A stretch of DNA of 64,000 nucleotides, from the IMG/VR virus record IMGVR_UViG_3300025104_000001, positions 26,768 to 90,767 of that record. One strand, given 5' to 3'. The stretch is from a virus. The notes beneath the pieces were generated by a model, which was given only the letters and a program-made list of their open reading frames with translations, had not been told where the DNA came from and did not search any database. Position numbers and translations under genes: made by a program. Below, piece after piece: positions 25,703 through 36,333 of the stretch (position 1 is its first letter; each line of letters opens with the position of its first letter).

Positions 25703-26347
25703 ATGCATACATATAACAAGGATGGAATAGGCCGTTTCTATTCTACTCCTAAAGGAGACTATCCCTCGGTTACTACTGTTCTTGGAGCTTATGGTGACGA
25801 CACCGGGCTCCAAGAATGGCGCGATAAGATTGGTGCTGAAAATGCAGATCGAATCGTGAAAGAGTCAACGGACATTGGTTCTCATCTTCACTATCTTTTT
25901 GAATGTCTACTGCGAAAAGTTGACGCCAAAAAGTCGGAAACGCCCGAAGAGAAGAAAGCAGAACAAATGTTCAAGGTAGCCAAACCCAAGCTGCTAAAAA
26001 TTGTTGACCAAGTTCTTTACATGGAAGAACCTGTATGGTCTGATACGTTCAGAATCGCTGGCAGGTTTGACATGCTATGCAGAACGAAAGAAGGCAAGAT
26101 TGCGCTGGTAGATTACAAGAATACAAGGCGTAGCAAGTCTAAGGAAGAAATTTCCTCCTATAGACTACAACTTGCCTTCTATGTTAGAATGATTAAGGAA
26201 ACGTTGGGGATAGACGTTGAAGAACAGAAGATCTTTATGGTAAATCGTGAAGGCTTCGTACAGGTATTTAACTTCTATGAACACGAAACACCTAGATCAG
26301 AGCTTGTTGCTATCAGGAAAAACTTTTGGGAAAAGTACGGTTACTAA
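25703..26347 (+). CDS. PD-(D/E)xK (RecB/Cas4-like) exonuclease
   Basis: YPSVTTVL, GSHLH, AGRFD, VDYK, QLAFY. Confidence 0.85.
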   Translation: MHTYNKDGIGRFYSTPKGDYPSVTTVLGAYGDDTGLQEWRDKIGAENADRIVKESTDIGSHLHYLFECLLRKVDAKKSETPEEKKAEQMFKVAKPKLLKIVDQVLYMEEPVWSDTFRIAGRFDMLCRTKEGKIALVDYKNTRRSKSKEEISSYRLQLAFYVRMIKETLGIDVEEQKIFMVNREGFVQVFNFYEHETPRSELVAIRKNFWEKYGY

Positions 26348-26360
26348 ACTGTTTCTCATT

Positions 26361-26846
26361 ATGATTCTTCTATTGGGCTCTCTAATTCCTTCACATGCTT
26401 CAAACTACAAAGCGATTGACGCCATTGAAGCCCTGTCAAATGCAAACAAAGAAATGGTTTGTCTGGCTAAGGTCATTTATGATGAAGCACGAGGTGAAAC
26501 GCCTCGTGGCATGCAAGCCGTTGCCCACGTTGTTTTGAATCGAGCAAAACATCAAGACTACCCTGGTACAATCTGCGGCGTTGCATATCAAAAGCATCGT
26601 GGCGTTTGTCAATTCAGCGGAATGTGCAAAAAGAAGACTAAGCAGTTTGATGCCGAGTCTTTGAATGTAGCATATAGAGTTTTGGTTTTGAAGGACGTAA
26701 AAGACCCAACCCGAGGCGCAACACACTTTCACAATGATACCACATCACCGCCATGGAGCAAAACATATGTCAGAACAGCAAGAATTGGAAAACACACTTT
26801 CTATAAACCAGGCTATCGACAAAATCCAAGTAGTCGAGGAGATTGA
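26361..26846 (+). CDS. SleB-like cell wall hydrolase (Hydrolase_2)
   Basis: CLAKVIYDEARGE, VVLNR, CQFS, GATHFH, IGKHTFY; N-terminal hydrophobic signal. Confidence 0.85.
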   Translation: MILLLGSLIPSHASNYKAIDAIEALSNANKEMVCLAKVIYDEARGETPRGMQAVAHVVLNRAKHQDYPGTICGVAYQKHRGVCQFSGMCKKKTKQFDAESLNVAYRVLVLKDVKDPTRGATHFHNDTTSPPWSKTYVRTARIGKHTFYKPGYRQNPSSRGD

Positions 26847-27033
26847 GAAGATGGCTCTTGAGAAGAAAATTGACTACATTTCCGCAGCCTTAGAACTCGC
26901 TCGAAAATTGGATTGGGACCCTGCTTGGATTGCTCCTTATATCACCGGATCTCTCAAAGAGAAAATCCGTGTAGAAGGTGAAGCACAGGGGCTGTTGAAA
27001 AGGACCAGTAGACCCCAGGTGTTGTTTGAATGA
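26767..27033 (+). CDS. 33: Late transcription coactivator gp33
   Basis: IE..IDYI.A..LKEKIRVE..LLK; 33-59-32 synteny. Confidence 0.75.
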   Translation: MSEQQELENTLSINQAIDKIQVVEEIEKMALEKKIDYISAALELARKLDWDPAWIAPYITGSLKEKIRVEGEAQGLLKRTSRPQVLFE

Positions 27034-27599
27034 CGGGACAAGAGCTTTATCAAATCTTTTTGGGAATGAAGCTCCATTTCACCCAGAAGTCCTATGACTA
27101 TTTGACATATGGGCCTAAGCGGGTTGATGCGGCTTCAATGGGCAAATATTATGTCTTGTCTAGTGCCTTAGGACGAAAGTTTGCTACGAGAGAAGCTCTA
27201 GAGACTCGTCTGATTGCATTGTTCAAGAACAAGGTTTGCTGGCTGAACGAAATCTCGACGCCAGAAGCTGAAAAAGCTGAAGCCAAGCATCGCTCGGACC
27301 TTAACTGTTTTTCGTACAATTTTGAGAACCACTTGTCCTTGATTAAAGAGCAATATCCTGATATGATTAGTGTTGTTCGAGTGAACAACGCCTTCGAGGT
27401 TCCACCTATTGGGAGGATGCTACTGAACAAGGAAATCAATATCGAGACATACTGTGCACTTGATTATCTGTTGGACTTTTCAAGACACATCAACGATCTT
27501 GTCTGGAAGGCAGAGAAACTTAGGATTGAAAAATACAAGGCTTTCTTCACACCAGATAAGGCCAAGATAGCGAAAATTGCCAAGCCTTTCTTCGCATAG
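27030..27599 (+). CDS. 59: Helicase loader gp59
   Basis: Y..LGMKLHFT..YDY..Y; IET; synteny. Confidence 0.8.
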   Translation: MTGQELYQIFLGMKLHFTQKSYDYLTYGPKRVDAASMGKYYVLSSALGRKFATREALETRLIALFKNKVCWLNEISTPEAEKAEAKHRSDLNCFSYNFENHLSLIKEQYPDMISVVRVNNAFEVPPIGRMLLNKEINIETYCALDYLLDFSRHINDLVWKAEKLRIEKYKAFFTPDKAKIAKIAKPFFA

Positions 27600-27707
27600 A
27601 TATCTAGGTACATCATTGCAAACGTGGATAAAATATGTTACACTAAACATTCAGTTGCTTACATCATGCATTTCGTGGATCATTCAATTTTTAAGGAGTA
27701 AACATTT

Positions 27708-28655
27708 ATGACAATCAATCGCTCAGCTCTTCGCCGCAGTACCGCTCAAACCCTTCTAAAGAAAATTCAAGAAGCATCAGTTAAGAAAGGCGAATCTCAA
27801 GGTTCAGACGACCGCTTTTGGCAACCCACTGTTGATAGCAACGGCAATGGTTTCGCCGTGATTCGTTTCCTTCCATCAAAGACAGAAGACACTCTTCCAT
27901 TTGTCAAGACTTATAGCCATGGCTTCAAGGTCGGCTCTAAGTGGTTCATTGAAGAATGCCCTACTACAATCGGCGAGAAGTGCCCCGTTTGTGATGCAAA
28001 CTCTGAACTCTGGAACAGCGGTTATGAGAACGACAAGAAAACGGTTCGTGAGCGCAAGCGTCGCCTACGTTTCGTGAGCAATATCATGGTTATCAAGGAT
28101 CCCAAAAATCCTGAAAACGAGGGCAAGATCTTCCTGTTCGGTTATGGTCAGAAGATCTATGACAAGCTAGTGACCGCCATGAATCCCCCAGAAGAATACG
28201 GCGAGGATCCTCGTGACCCATTCGGCTTTTTCGATGGCTGTGTGGTCAAGCTGAAAATCAAGAACAAGGACGGCTATCGTAATTATGATGACACTACAGT
28301 TGAACCCGCATCAGACTTGTATGACGGTGACGAAGAAAAGCTGATGGAAGTCCTAGAGAAGATGTATGACCTCAGTGAATTCACCGATCCTAAGAAGTTC
28401 AAGTCCTATGAGCAGTTGAAGACTCGTTTTTCACAAGTGTTAGGTGAAGATGCTCCTGCAAAACAGGACAACGATGAAGACGACGCTCCTCGTAGCACAG
28501 GTCGTGAATACGGCGCTGCTGCAAGACATAAGGACGAGACTCCTCCGTGGGATGATGAAGAAAAGCCTAAGGCTAAGGTTGACTCCAAGCCAAAGGCAGC
28601 TGTTGAAGATGACGATGATTTGGCATTCTTCAAGTCGCTCGCTGAAGACGAATAA
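27708..28655 (+). CDS. 32: Single-stranded DNA-binding protein gp32
   Basis: DDRFW, GFAVIRFLP, HGF, CPTTIGEKCPVC, acidic tail DDDLAFFKSLAED. Confidence 0.96.
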   Translation: MTINRSALRRSTAQTLLKKIQEASVKKGESQGSDDRFWQPTVDSNGNGFAVIRFLPSKTEDTLPFVKTYSHGFKVGSKWFIEECPTTIGEKCPVCDANSELWNSGYENDKKTVRERKRRLRFVSNIMVIKDPKNPENEGKIFLFGYGQKIYDKLVTAMNPPEEYGEDPRDPFGFFDGCVVKLKIKNKDGYRNYDDTTVEPASDLYDGDEEKLMEVLEKMYDLSEFTDPKKFKSYEQLKTRFSQVLGEDAPAKQDNDEDDAPRSTGREYGAAARHKDETPPWDDEEKPKAKVDSKPKAAVEDDDDLAFFKSLAEDE

Positions 28656-28666
28656 TTAGCTGCCAT

Positions 28667-30096
28667 ATGGATAAAGATACCCTTGTTAACTTAAGTGTGC
28701 CTTCAATTGCAAAAAGGCCAGATGCTCAAAAGGCTCTGGCCTTTTTTACAGATTACCTACCAGAAGGTTCTTCGCTATCAGAGCGACATTACTGTTTGAA
28801 GAATTCACTTAAAGCTAGGCCAAAATGTGAGGTTTGTGGATCCGAGGTAAATTTCCAGCTAGGTAAATACAATCGTTTCTGCTCTAGGAAATGCAGCATT
28901 GCTTTTTACAAGAATGATGCTTCGATAAAGAAAAAGATTTCAGAATCAAATAAGAGATCAGCCGAGCAGGCTAAAGAAAAAAGAAAAGAAACCAATCTTA
29001 AAAGATACGGCGTCGAGTGTACTTTTACTACGATTAACAATGACCGAAAAGCTAAGGGTCTAGTTTCTCCGTCTGTCTCCAAGAATGCGGATGTTTCTTC
29101 ATTGCTGAGCGAATCCGTTCTGAGGGAAATGCATCATGAGAAGAAGCTAAATTTGGTTGAGATTGCAAACGAACTGGGTGTTACCGAAAGGGCGATCTGG
29201 AATAGATTGAAGATGTTCTCAATAGAACAAATGTACTGGGGTGGTTCTTCTCTTGAGACTAGAATTTGCGACTTTCTAGAAGGCCTTGACGTGCAGTTCA
29301 AGAGGAATTACAAACCCGATTTTCTACAAGATAAAGAGATCGACATCTGGATTCCCGAATCTAAACTAGGAATAGAGATAAACGGCCTCTATTGGCATAG
29401 CGAACATAAAAGACCCAAAACATATTATCATGATAAAGCCAAGACATGTCTTAACAACGGTGTCAGATTGATTCAATTTTGGGAGCATGAAATCATAGAA
29501 AAGGAAAAATTGGTCTTTTCTATGATTAGGAATGCTGTTGGTAGGTCAGAAATAAAATTGAGTGCCAGAGACTGCATTGTTGTGGAGTCAACCAAAGCCG
29601 ACAGAGAAACCATTAGAACATTCCTAGACGAAAACCATCTAAAGGGCTATCATCATTATTCAAGGGCGTTTCTTTTAAAGAACAAAGATGGCGAGATTCT
29701 TTCAACCATGACCTTTTCAAAGCCGAGATTTTCGAAGAGTTCTGGGCTAGAATTGATTAGGTTTTGTTCAAAAATGAACACCACAATTCGAGGCGGGCCA
29801 GTAAATTGTGGAAACATTGTACATCTGTTCTTGAGTCTGATATAATGACCTATGCGGATTTGAGGTACTCTACAGGAAGCATTTACCGAGATGTGTTTGG
29901 TATGAAATTTGAAGGCGTAACATCACCTGGATTCTTTTGGGCAAATAGTAAACTAGAAACCAGGAATCGACTAACACTGATCAATCAGATCGTAAGAAAT
30001 GAAGGTGAAACCCAGGAGGCCGCTGCCAGGAGACTCGGGTGGTTTAAGGTTTTTGATTGCGGTAATCTGAAATTTTCCTCTAAGCGAGAAAGCTAG
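28667..30096 (+). pseudogene. Hef-like homing endonuclease, frameshifted
   Basis: CEVC/FCSRKC, ETNLKRYG, EIDIWIPE.KLGIEINGLYWHSE; adding one G at 29795-29797 restores IRGGASKL and joins 29764..30096 (TYADLRYS..VFDCG). Confidence 0.75.
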
Positions 30097-30150
30097 GCAA
30101 CTAGCCCTTTTTGCTTTATAATGTAGGCTATTACTTCGGAGGGTAGACTC

Positions 30151-31032
30151 TTGATCTTAATTGACCTATCTCAGACCCTTTTCTCGGTTATTTTTCAGAA
30201 CCAGAAGAATGGCGTCAACAAAGACTTGGCACGTTCCATGATCTTTATGACGTTGCTCTCATATCGCAAACAGTTCGGTTCGAAGTATGGTGCCCCTGTT
30301 CTAGCGATTGACTCCAAGACTGGATATTGGCGTCGAGAAATTTTCGAGCATTACAAGGCCCATCGTAAGAAGGCACGAGAGGCCTCAGACATTGATTGGG
30401 ATGCATTCTTTGACATTGCAAACACGGTGACAGCCGAGATTCGTGAGTGTATTCCTTGGAAAACGATCTATGTGGACAAAGCAGAGGCAGACGACATCAT
30501 TGCAGTTCTGGCAATGAAGTATGGCGACATGCCCACCTTGATTGTGTCATCGGACAAGGATTACAAACAACTGCACTACAAGAAAGGCGTAGCACAATAT
30601 TCGCCCATTATGAAGAAATGGATTACGACCGATGATCCTAAGAAGGATTTGGTTGAACTGATTCTGACGGGTGACGCAGGCGACGGCATCCCTAACATTC
30701 GTTCTGACGCAGATTCGATTGTTAAGGGCAAACGTCAAAAGCCGATCTCTCAGAAGTTCAAGGATGAGTTCCATGCAAACCCGGCACGCATTTATCGTGA
30801 CCACAAGGAACGATATGACCTGAATGAAAAGTTGATTGATTTCACCAAAATCCCTGAGCACATCCAACAAGCCATCCTTGCAGAGTTTGACAAGAAGCCA
30901 GTCGGCTCTATAAATAAACTATATCAGCTTTTCGTGGCACACAAAATGCCTCGTATGCTATCAGACATCGAACTCTTTAAGGTGAAGGAATCAGACTATG
31001 CCGTTTGTGCAGAAGGCAGTTTTTTCCAGTAA
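30151..31032 (+). CDS. rnh: RNase H / 5'-3' exonuclease (T4 Rnh)
   Basis: LIDLSQ, YWRR..YKAHR, EADDIIA, SSDKDYKQL, GDAGDGIPNI. Confidence 0.93.
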   Translation: MILIDLSQTLFSVIFQNQKNGVNKDLARSMIFMTLLSYRKQFGSKYGAPVLAIDSKTGYWRREIFEHYKAHRKKAREASDIDWDAFFDIANTVTAEIRECIPWKTIYVDKAEADDIIAVLAMKYGDMPTLIVSSDKDYKQLHYKKGVAQYSPIMKKWITTDDPKKDLVELILTGDAGDGIPNIRSDADSIVKGKRQKPISQKFKDEFHANPARIYRDHKERYDLNEKLIDFTKIPEHIQQAILAEFDKKPVGSINKLYQLFVAHKMPRMLSDIELFKVKESDYAVCAEGSFFQ

Positions 31033-31486
31033 TGGAATTTCCCAGGACCTAGTGGCATTGCTAGGTTCATACGGCGAAACACAAGTCAAAAAGGCTTTTG
31101 AGACGGCCAAGAATCCAGAGTATTTGATTGGCTTGATGAAGGAGGTCCTTTCATACAAGTTCATTGAACTGCCAGAAGGTAGTTATAAAAACAGCACTAC
31201 CAAGGTGCCTTATCAGTCTATGGAAAGGGCATTGAAGCAGTTGAAATATTTTACTGTGGATTCGCCTTATTACGCCGATGAGCAAACAAAGTGGCGAAAG
31301 CTCTCGATCCTTTTGGAAAGCGTCACCTTTGTAGAAGCAGAGGCTATAATGAAATTGATCACCGGTGCATATGATGTTGCATCTGTCAAAGCCTTTCTCT
31401 ACCCTCCCAAGAAGAAGAAAGAAGTTATCAGGACGACAGAGGAAACAGAACCACTAAGTCAGACGTTTGTTGTCGATTCCGAGTAA
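30998..31486 (+). CDS. Hypothetical protein (5' end possibly frameshifted)
   Basis: The coupled ATG at 31032 is out of frame by one base at TTT 31038-31040. Confidence 0.55.
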   Translation: MPFVQKAVFSSNGISQDLVALLGSYGETQVKKAFETAKNPEYLIGLMKEVLSYKFIELPEGSYKNSTTKVPYQSMERALKQLKYFTVDSPYYADEQTKWRKLSILLESVTFVEAEAIMKLITGAYDVASVKAFLYPPKKKKEVIRTTEETEPLSQTFVVDSE

Positions 31487-31490
31487 GAAC

Positions 31491-31514
31491 AAAAAGCCCC
31501 TTTCGGGGCTTTTT
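31491..31514. terminator. Bidirectional intrinsic terminator
   Basis: AAAAAGCCCC-TTTC-GGGGCTTTTT between convergent genes. Confidence 0.85.
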
Positions 31515-31527
31515 CTACGTCCCTTTC

Positions 31528-34500
31528 TTAATCATGCAACGCTATTACGGTTCCGGTGATTGTCTTGCCTACGTCAGCTGGATGGAATCTTAATGTTCCG
31601 TGCTGATGCAAATAAACCTCACCTTGTAGTGGCAATGCTTCCGCTTGATAGTTAGAGCGGTTCTTCGTTGTCGGGACTCCGTTCAATTGAATCTTGAAGT
31701 CTGATCCCCAATATGAATCCACCGCCAAGAACTTAGGATGGAATGAACCATTTGCAAAAGCCACTGACCCTACCCTGGAGATATAATCAGATCCGTTTTG
31801 GACAATTTCAACTGAAGGTGAAATCAATGGTCTATTGATTTTATCGGATGAAGGTCTTTCTTGCCACATTGCAATATAGTGAATACCTGCATGGTCGGTG
31901 TAACTAAACTGATTATTAGACCAAAAAATACCGTTAGTCGTACTAGTATCAATGAAAATATTAGTTCCAACCTTACGGAACCGAACAGCATTTATGTTCG
32001 ATCCTAGGTTTCCGTTCGACCAAACATCCATCCATCTCTGGAATAATAGAGTGTCATTTGCACCAGCCAAGAATCTATAGCCGATGTCTGTCAGGTTGTT
32101 GATGACAGGTGCGCTAGTGATACCGAATACCAATGATGGGCGCCCATAGTCTCTCATTCTAAACCATGATGGAATGTCGCGGAATACCACAACCCAATCA
32201 CCAACCAATTCTTTCCTGGCGACGATTCCGCCTTGCAAGTAGTTACCCGGGAACTTCAAACGAGCACCCGAATAGTCGTTACCACTATTCTGGAATGGCT
32301 TATTGGGTAAAGGACTGATGTTGCCGTTGTAACGGTCGATACCTTTTGTGATTCTTAGGTTGCTCATATAGCCACGGAAACCGCGCCAGTTGCCACCGAA
32401 GTTCTCACTATCCTGTAACCACATGTTCTCAAGGGAACCGGAAGGTGTATATGTGCCAGGTGTTGTGCCTGAATTCAACATAGCACCCCAAACGTAGCAT
32501 GCTTCTTCAGTTCCGTTACCAGCCCAGCTTGTTGTTGGGTTTGTCGAACCTGTTGGACCCCAAGCAAAATATCTTGACACGTTGTTGGAGTTCTCTGTTG
32601 CGGTCACCCACAAGCGAACCCAACCGTTGGTCAAAACTTCTCGTCCCACAGTATGACCTGACCCAACAGTCACAAAGGTGTCGGTGTCAAAATCATACAC
32701 TGAACGAGTGTCAGTATTGTTGATGCCGGTTCTCAACATGAAGTAACGACGAGTGCCCTTCTTAGCAAAGATGCTTGAAGTGTATGTGCCTTGTTGCAAT
32801 GTCTTATACTGATAGAAGTTGTGAACATCAATATTTGTGGTGTTAGGGATGAAAGCCTCCGCACTCATAACACCTGATGGGTTCGGATACTTAGTAACAG
32901 GTATAGAACCGTTTTGGAGTGTCCAGGTTGTGGTTCGTGCAAAGCGCTTACCAATATGCAATGGTCTGGTTGAAGGAAAGCCTGTTGAATCTGTCCATGT
33001 AGCAACAGATGTGCCGTTCAATGTCATTTCCCAATTGTTGTTCGCCTTGCGAACAAGAGTAACAAAGTTCCAAGAATCAGGAATAACCGATGGGCCCGTC
33101 TGACCGAAAGTGGTGCTTCCATTCCACCATGCCAATTGGCCCTGAGTGTTTAGTGACAATGCGCCTATTTCATTTGCCGCACCTCGGAAGTCAACTAGAA
33201 TCTGTTCCGTTACATTGTAGTTTGTAGGATAAATCCACAATTCCAAGGTGAAGTTTCCAGATCCCATTGAATAACGGGTTTGTGAGGCATAGAAAATACC
33301 GCTTTCACCATCAAAGTAAGTAGTTGGTTTAGATTCACCTGTGCCAGACCAGACAATAGGAACGTCTGAAGATGGCGCTAGTTCACCTTCAATAGCGGTC
33401 GGTGGTTGATTCCACTTCTCATCCTTCATACCATAATCGCCCGCTTTCTCGAAGTAGTTTAGATACACCACATAGGGGTAGTAGACGTCACCATCTAACA
33501 CTATAGGCTGTCCGTCATAAGTTGTATCTGGTAGAGCATCGATGTTCCAGTCCACATTAATGTCTGGGCTGTTCAAAATACCAATTTGATGTGAGCGGTC
33601 ATACAGCTGAACCGTAGGCGGCGTGAATGTTGTAACCACCTCTTTTGGTTTGTAGTAAACAGTATCCCTAATCCACATCTTTGAGGAGTTATCTTTGTAA
33701 TATCCGTCAAAGCAAGTGAATGTATATTGGTCAGTAGCCACAAAAGATGTGGTAGATGCCGGACCGTTCTCAAACCGTAGACTTATTCCTTTGATGAAGG
33801 GTTCGGTTGTAGTATGACCTGTCTTAGAACCAGGATGATTCTTAACCCAATTTCCACCATCCCAACCCCATAAGGTGGAGTTGAAGGTTTTCCACTGCTT
33901 TGAGCTGCCTATGAATTCATGAACACACCAGTACAAATAGTAGTGGTTGTAAAAAAGATCTGTTGCTAAAAATCCCAATACTCTGTTCTTACCGATGAAG
34001 CAGCAGTTAGTTGCATAAATGTCGCTGTTTGTTGATCTGTCGGCGTTTTCTACCCAATCTAACATTGCTGTTCTTGATTCATTATGGGCAATGTCAATTA
34101 CAGCTGGCCCGGTTGATTTAATACCGGGAATATAAGCGAACTCTCTATATTCACCAAAATCTGAATCCCATTCATATGCATATTCAATATGACGATACCA
34201 GATGCGGTTATAGCCTGAATTTGAGCCAGGTTTCAAGCGCATGTTCACTCGAGTAGCACCTGCATTGTGTTGGAAAGGAATATACAATACGGTATCAACG
34301 TTTATTGCATATTGGGTTGTTCCTGAAATGCCCGGAGACCGGCTGGTGTATGTGTAGTATGAACCAGAACCCGAACTCCAATCATTCAAGAACATCCACT
34401 TATTTTCCAACCGAGAAACAATCATGCTCTGGTGACGGTTAGAATTGCGAACAAACGCCAACTGATTTCTGAGTGTGGAGTTTGTAATACCTGTCACGTT

Positions 34501-36333
34501 TGCTGAAATTTGGTCATACCAACAACCTGCAGTTGTGGAACCATCATTCACATCTGTGCGCTGTAATAGAAGAATCTGGGCATCGCCGTTACGAACATCT
34601 CGGTGTGGATTTACTATCAACCTTGAACAAAATCTCCATTTGGAGTTAGTCCCTCCTTCATCAAAATTAGAGAACGAAGGATAGTTGATGATGACGTTAA
34701 CCCATGTCTGGCCGCCATCAGTTGTGTAGTGAAGACCTAGGCCCCAGAAGATAGCATAAACGTTTCCGAAATTATCAACGTCTAAAGCATATACCTTAGA
34801 TTGGCAACCGGGTGGCGCGCCTATATGAACCAGAGTTGTTTCTGTTTCTGTGATTGTCAGTTTCCACAAACCTGTAGATGCACATGCAACCCAGATGTTG
34901 CCGTAAGTGTCAACCTTAACGTCTTGGATGTTTGTCACAGCCAGGGACGGTGTGGTTGTGGCATCCCAAGACTCAATCTTGCCATAGTAAATGTCATATA
35001 TCGTAATGCCTGTTTTATCGTAAGTGATAAAGGCCCTGTCCTCAATCCATTTTCTAACACCCGCATAATATTGGACATGCACATGGTCTGGTCTAGAATA
35101 CATTATATTCTTAAGGATGTTGTCATATGTGTACTGGGCGCCATTTGTCCAGTATTGTGAGGAGTCACGATAGGCATAAGGCAGCAGGTTCAAAATCGCG
35201 TCAGGTGATCTATGATACTCTCGGACGTTGTATTTCATATCCGAGGCTAATTCTCCTGTCTGCGTGATATAAGCAACAAATTTTGAAGGGAAAGGTTGTT
35301 TGATTTCCGCGCCGTTCCATTGGCCTGATGCATACATGCGACCAGAACCCAAGGGAAAGAAGGCGGGGTCAAAGTAGTTAGAGTTCGAACTCGAAGCAGT
35401 GCCGAATACGTTACCTATGCCCGTGAAACCTTCAGGACCGCCAATCTCGGGTGTGAATTTGTCAGGGTGTAGGAGAGACACCATGTAACTAATTCGAGTA
35501 CGACCCGCGCGAATAACGGTGTTCAAGAAAGTATCTTGAATTTGATTATATTGGTTAGGGATATTATCCGGATAGTTGTAAATCTTACGAGCAGAGTACA
35601 AAGAAAGATTCAATCCATTTGGATGAACTGTTTCCTTAGAACCCAGTGAAACATATCCGCCGCTTAGAAAATTGACGTATCCGTTTGCACCCAAATCCTG
35701 TTCAATTCGGAATGGATACAATTGAATGTTGTCGTTTTGATAGAAGCGCTTTGGATTTCTATCTACGTCCAAAAGAAACTGTTCTTTAACCCAATCGTTG
35801 TTTGTTGTATCTGTCTCATCTTCAACAAGAATCAAACGATAGTAAACGTTCAAATATTCAGTGGGTGATTGATAGCAAGGTGGCGACAAATTAATTGCTG
35901 TTTTTGCATGGCTAGAATATATCCAACTTGTATAACCAACATAAGGTAGTTGATTGTCACCTATGTTGTAACTAATTAGACAAATACAACTAATTGCTGC
36001 CGTTGAAGCAGGTGGTGGGAATAGGGAATAATATTCCCAATATGCGGGAGATTCGGTTGTTTTTGGAAAGTATTTTTTTAGAGCTGTGCCAGTGGGCGCG
36101 TAACCTGTATAAAAGGCACTATTCTCTAGATTTCCGTAATACGGACTATACCTATTTACCATAGGATAGGTTTCGCTTCCTCTATAGAGGATGGCAAGTC
36201 GTTGAATAACAGTCTCGCCTTGAAATAGGTCAATATATTTGTCGAGAAAGATGAAATTGTCTCTTTCTTCAACTCGCTTTTCGCCGGTATTAACATCAAC
36301 GAATTCAAAAATTGCTTTACCTTTGACTTGCAT
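31528..36333 (-). CDS. Large virion/tail-appendage protein (beta-propeller-like repeats plus LamG-like domain)
   Basis: 1601 aa; DTYGNIWVA and YTTDGGQTW repeats; NFTLELWIYP...GYMSNLRITKG LamG signature. Confidence 0.7.
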   Translation of the reverse strand: MQVKGKAIFEFVDVNTGEKRVEERDNFIFLDKYIDLFQGETVIQRLAILYRGSETYPMVNRYSPYYGNLENSAFYTGYAPTGTALKKYFPKTTESPAYWEYYSLFPPPASTAAISCICLISYNIGDNQLPYVGYTSWIYSSHAKTAINLSPPCYQSPTEYLNVYYRLILVEDETDTTNNDWVKEQFLLDVDRNPKRFYQNDNIQLYPFRIEQDLGANGYVNFLSGGYVSLGSKETVHPNGLNLSLYSARKIYNYPDNIPNQYNQIQDTFLNTVIRAGRTRISYMVSLLHPDKFTPEIGGPEGFTGIGNVFGTASSSNSNYFDPAFFPLGSGRMYASGQWNGAEIKQPFPSKFVAYITQTGELASDMKYNVREYHRSPDAILNLLPYAYRDSSQYWTNGAQYTYDNILKNIMYSRPDHVHVQYYAGVRKWIEDRAFITYDKTGITIYDIYYGKIESWDATTTPSLAVTNIQDVKVDTYGNIWVACASTGLWKLTITETETTLVHIGAPPGCQSKVYALDVDNFGNVYAIFWGLGLHYTTDGGQTWVNVIINYPSFSNFDEGGTNSKWRFCSRLIVNPHRDVRNGDAQILLLQRTDVNDGSTTAGCWYDQISANVTGITNSTLRNQLAFVRNSNRHQSMIVSRLENKWMFLNDWSSGSGSYYTYTSRSPGISGTTQYAINVDTVLYIPFQHNAGATRVNMRLKPGSNSGYNRIWYRHIEYAYEWDSDFGEYREFAYIPGIKSTGPAVIDIAHNESRTAMLDWVENADRSTNSDIYATNCCFIGKNRVLGFLATDLFYNHYYLYWCVHEFIGSSKQWKTFNSTLWGWDGGNWVKNHPGSKTGHTTTEPFIKGISLRFENGPASTTSFVATDQYTFTCFDGYYKDNSSKMWIRDTVYYKPKEVVTTFTPPTVQLYDRSHQIGILNSPDINVDWNIDALPDTTYDGQPIVLDGDVYYPYVVYLNYFEKAGDYGMKDEKWNQPPTAIEGELAPSSDVPIVWSGTGESKPTTYFDGESGIFYASQTRYSMGSGNFTLELWIYPTNYNVTEQILVDFRGAANEIGALSLNTQGQLAWWNGSTTFGQTGPSVIPDSWNFVTLVRKANNNWEMTLNGTSVATWTDSTGFPSTRPLHIGKRFARTTTWTLQNGSIPVTKYPNPSGVMSAEAFIPNTTNIDVHNFYQYKTLQQGTYTSSIFAKKGTRRYFMLRTGINNTDTRSVYDFDTDTFVTVGSGHTVGREVLTNGWVRLWVTATENSNNVSRYFAWGPTGSTNPTTSWAGNGTEEACYVWGAMLNSGTTPGTYTPSGSLENMWLQDSENFGGNWRGFRGYMSNLRITKGIDRYNGNISPLPNKPFQNSGNDYSGARLKFPGNYLQGGIVARKELVGDWVVVFRDIPSWFRMRDYGRPSLVFGITSAPVINNLTDIGYRFLAGANDTLLFQRWMDVWSNGNLGSNINAVRFRKVGTNIFIDTSTTNGIFWSNNQFSYTDHAGIHYIAMWQERPSSDKINRPLISPSVEIVQNGSDYISRVGSVAFANGSFHPKFLAVDSYWGSDFKIQLNGVPTTKNRSNYQAEALPLQGEVYLHQHGTLRFHPADVGKTITGTVIALHD

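Noticed and set aside
27600-27707. Gene 32 autoregulatory pseudoknot
   Set aside because: AT-rich leader with CGTGGAT twice, but no convincing pseudoknot could be drawn by eye
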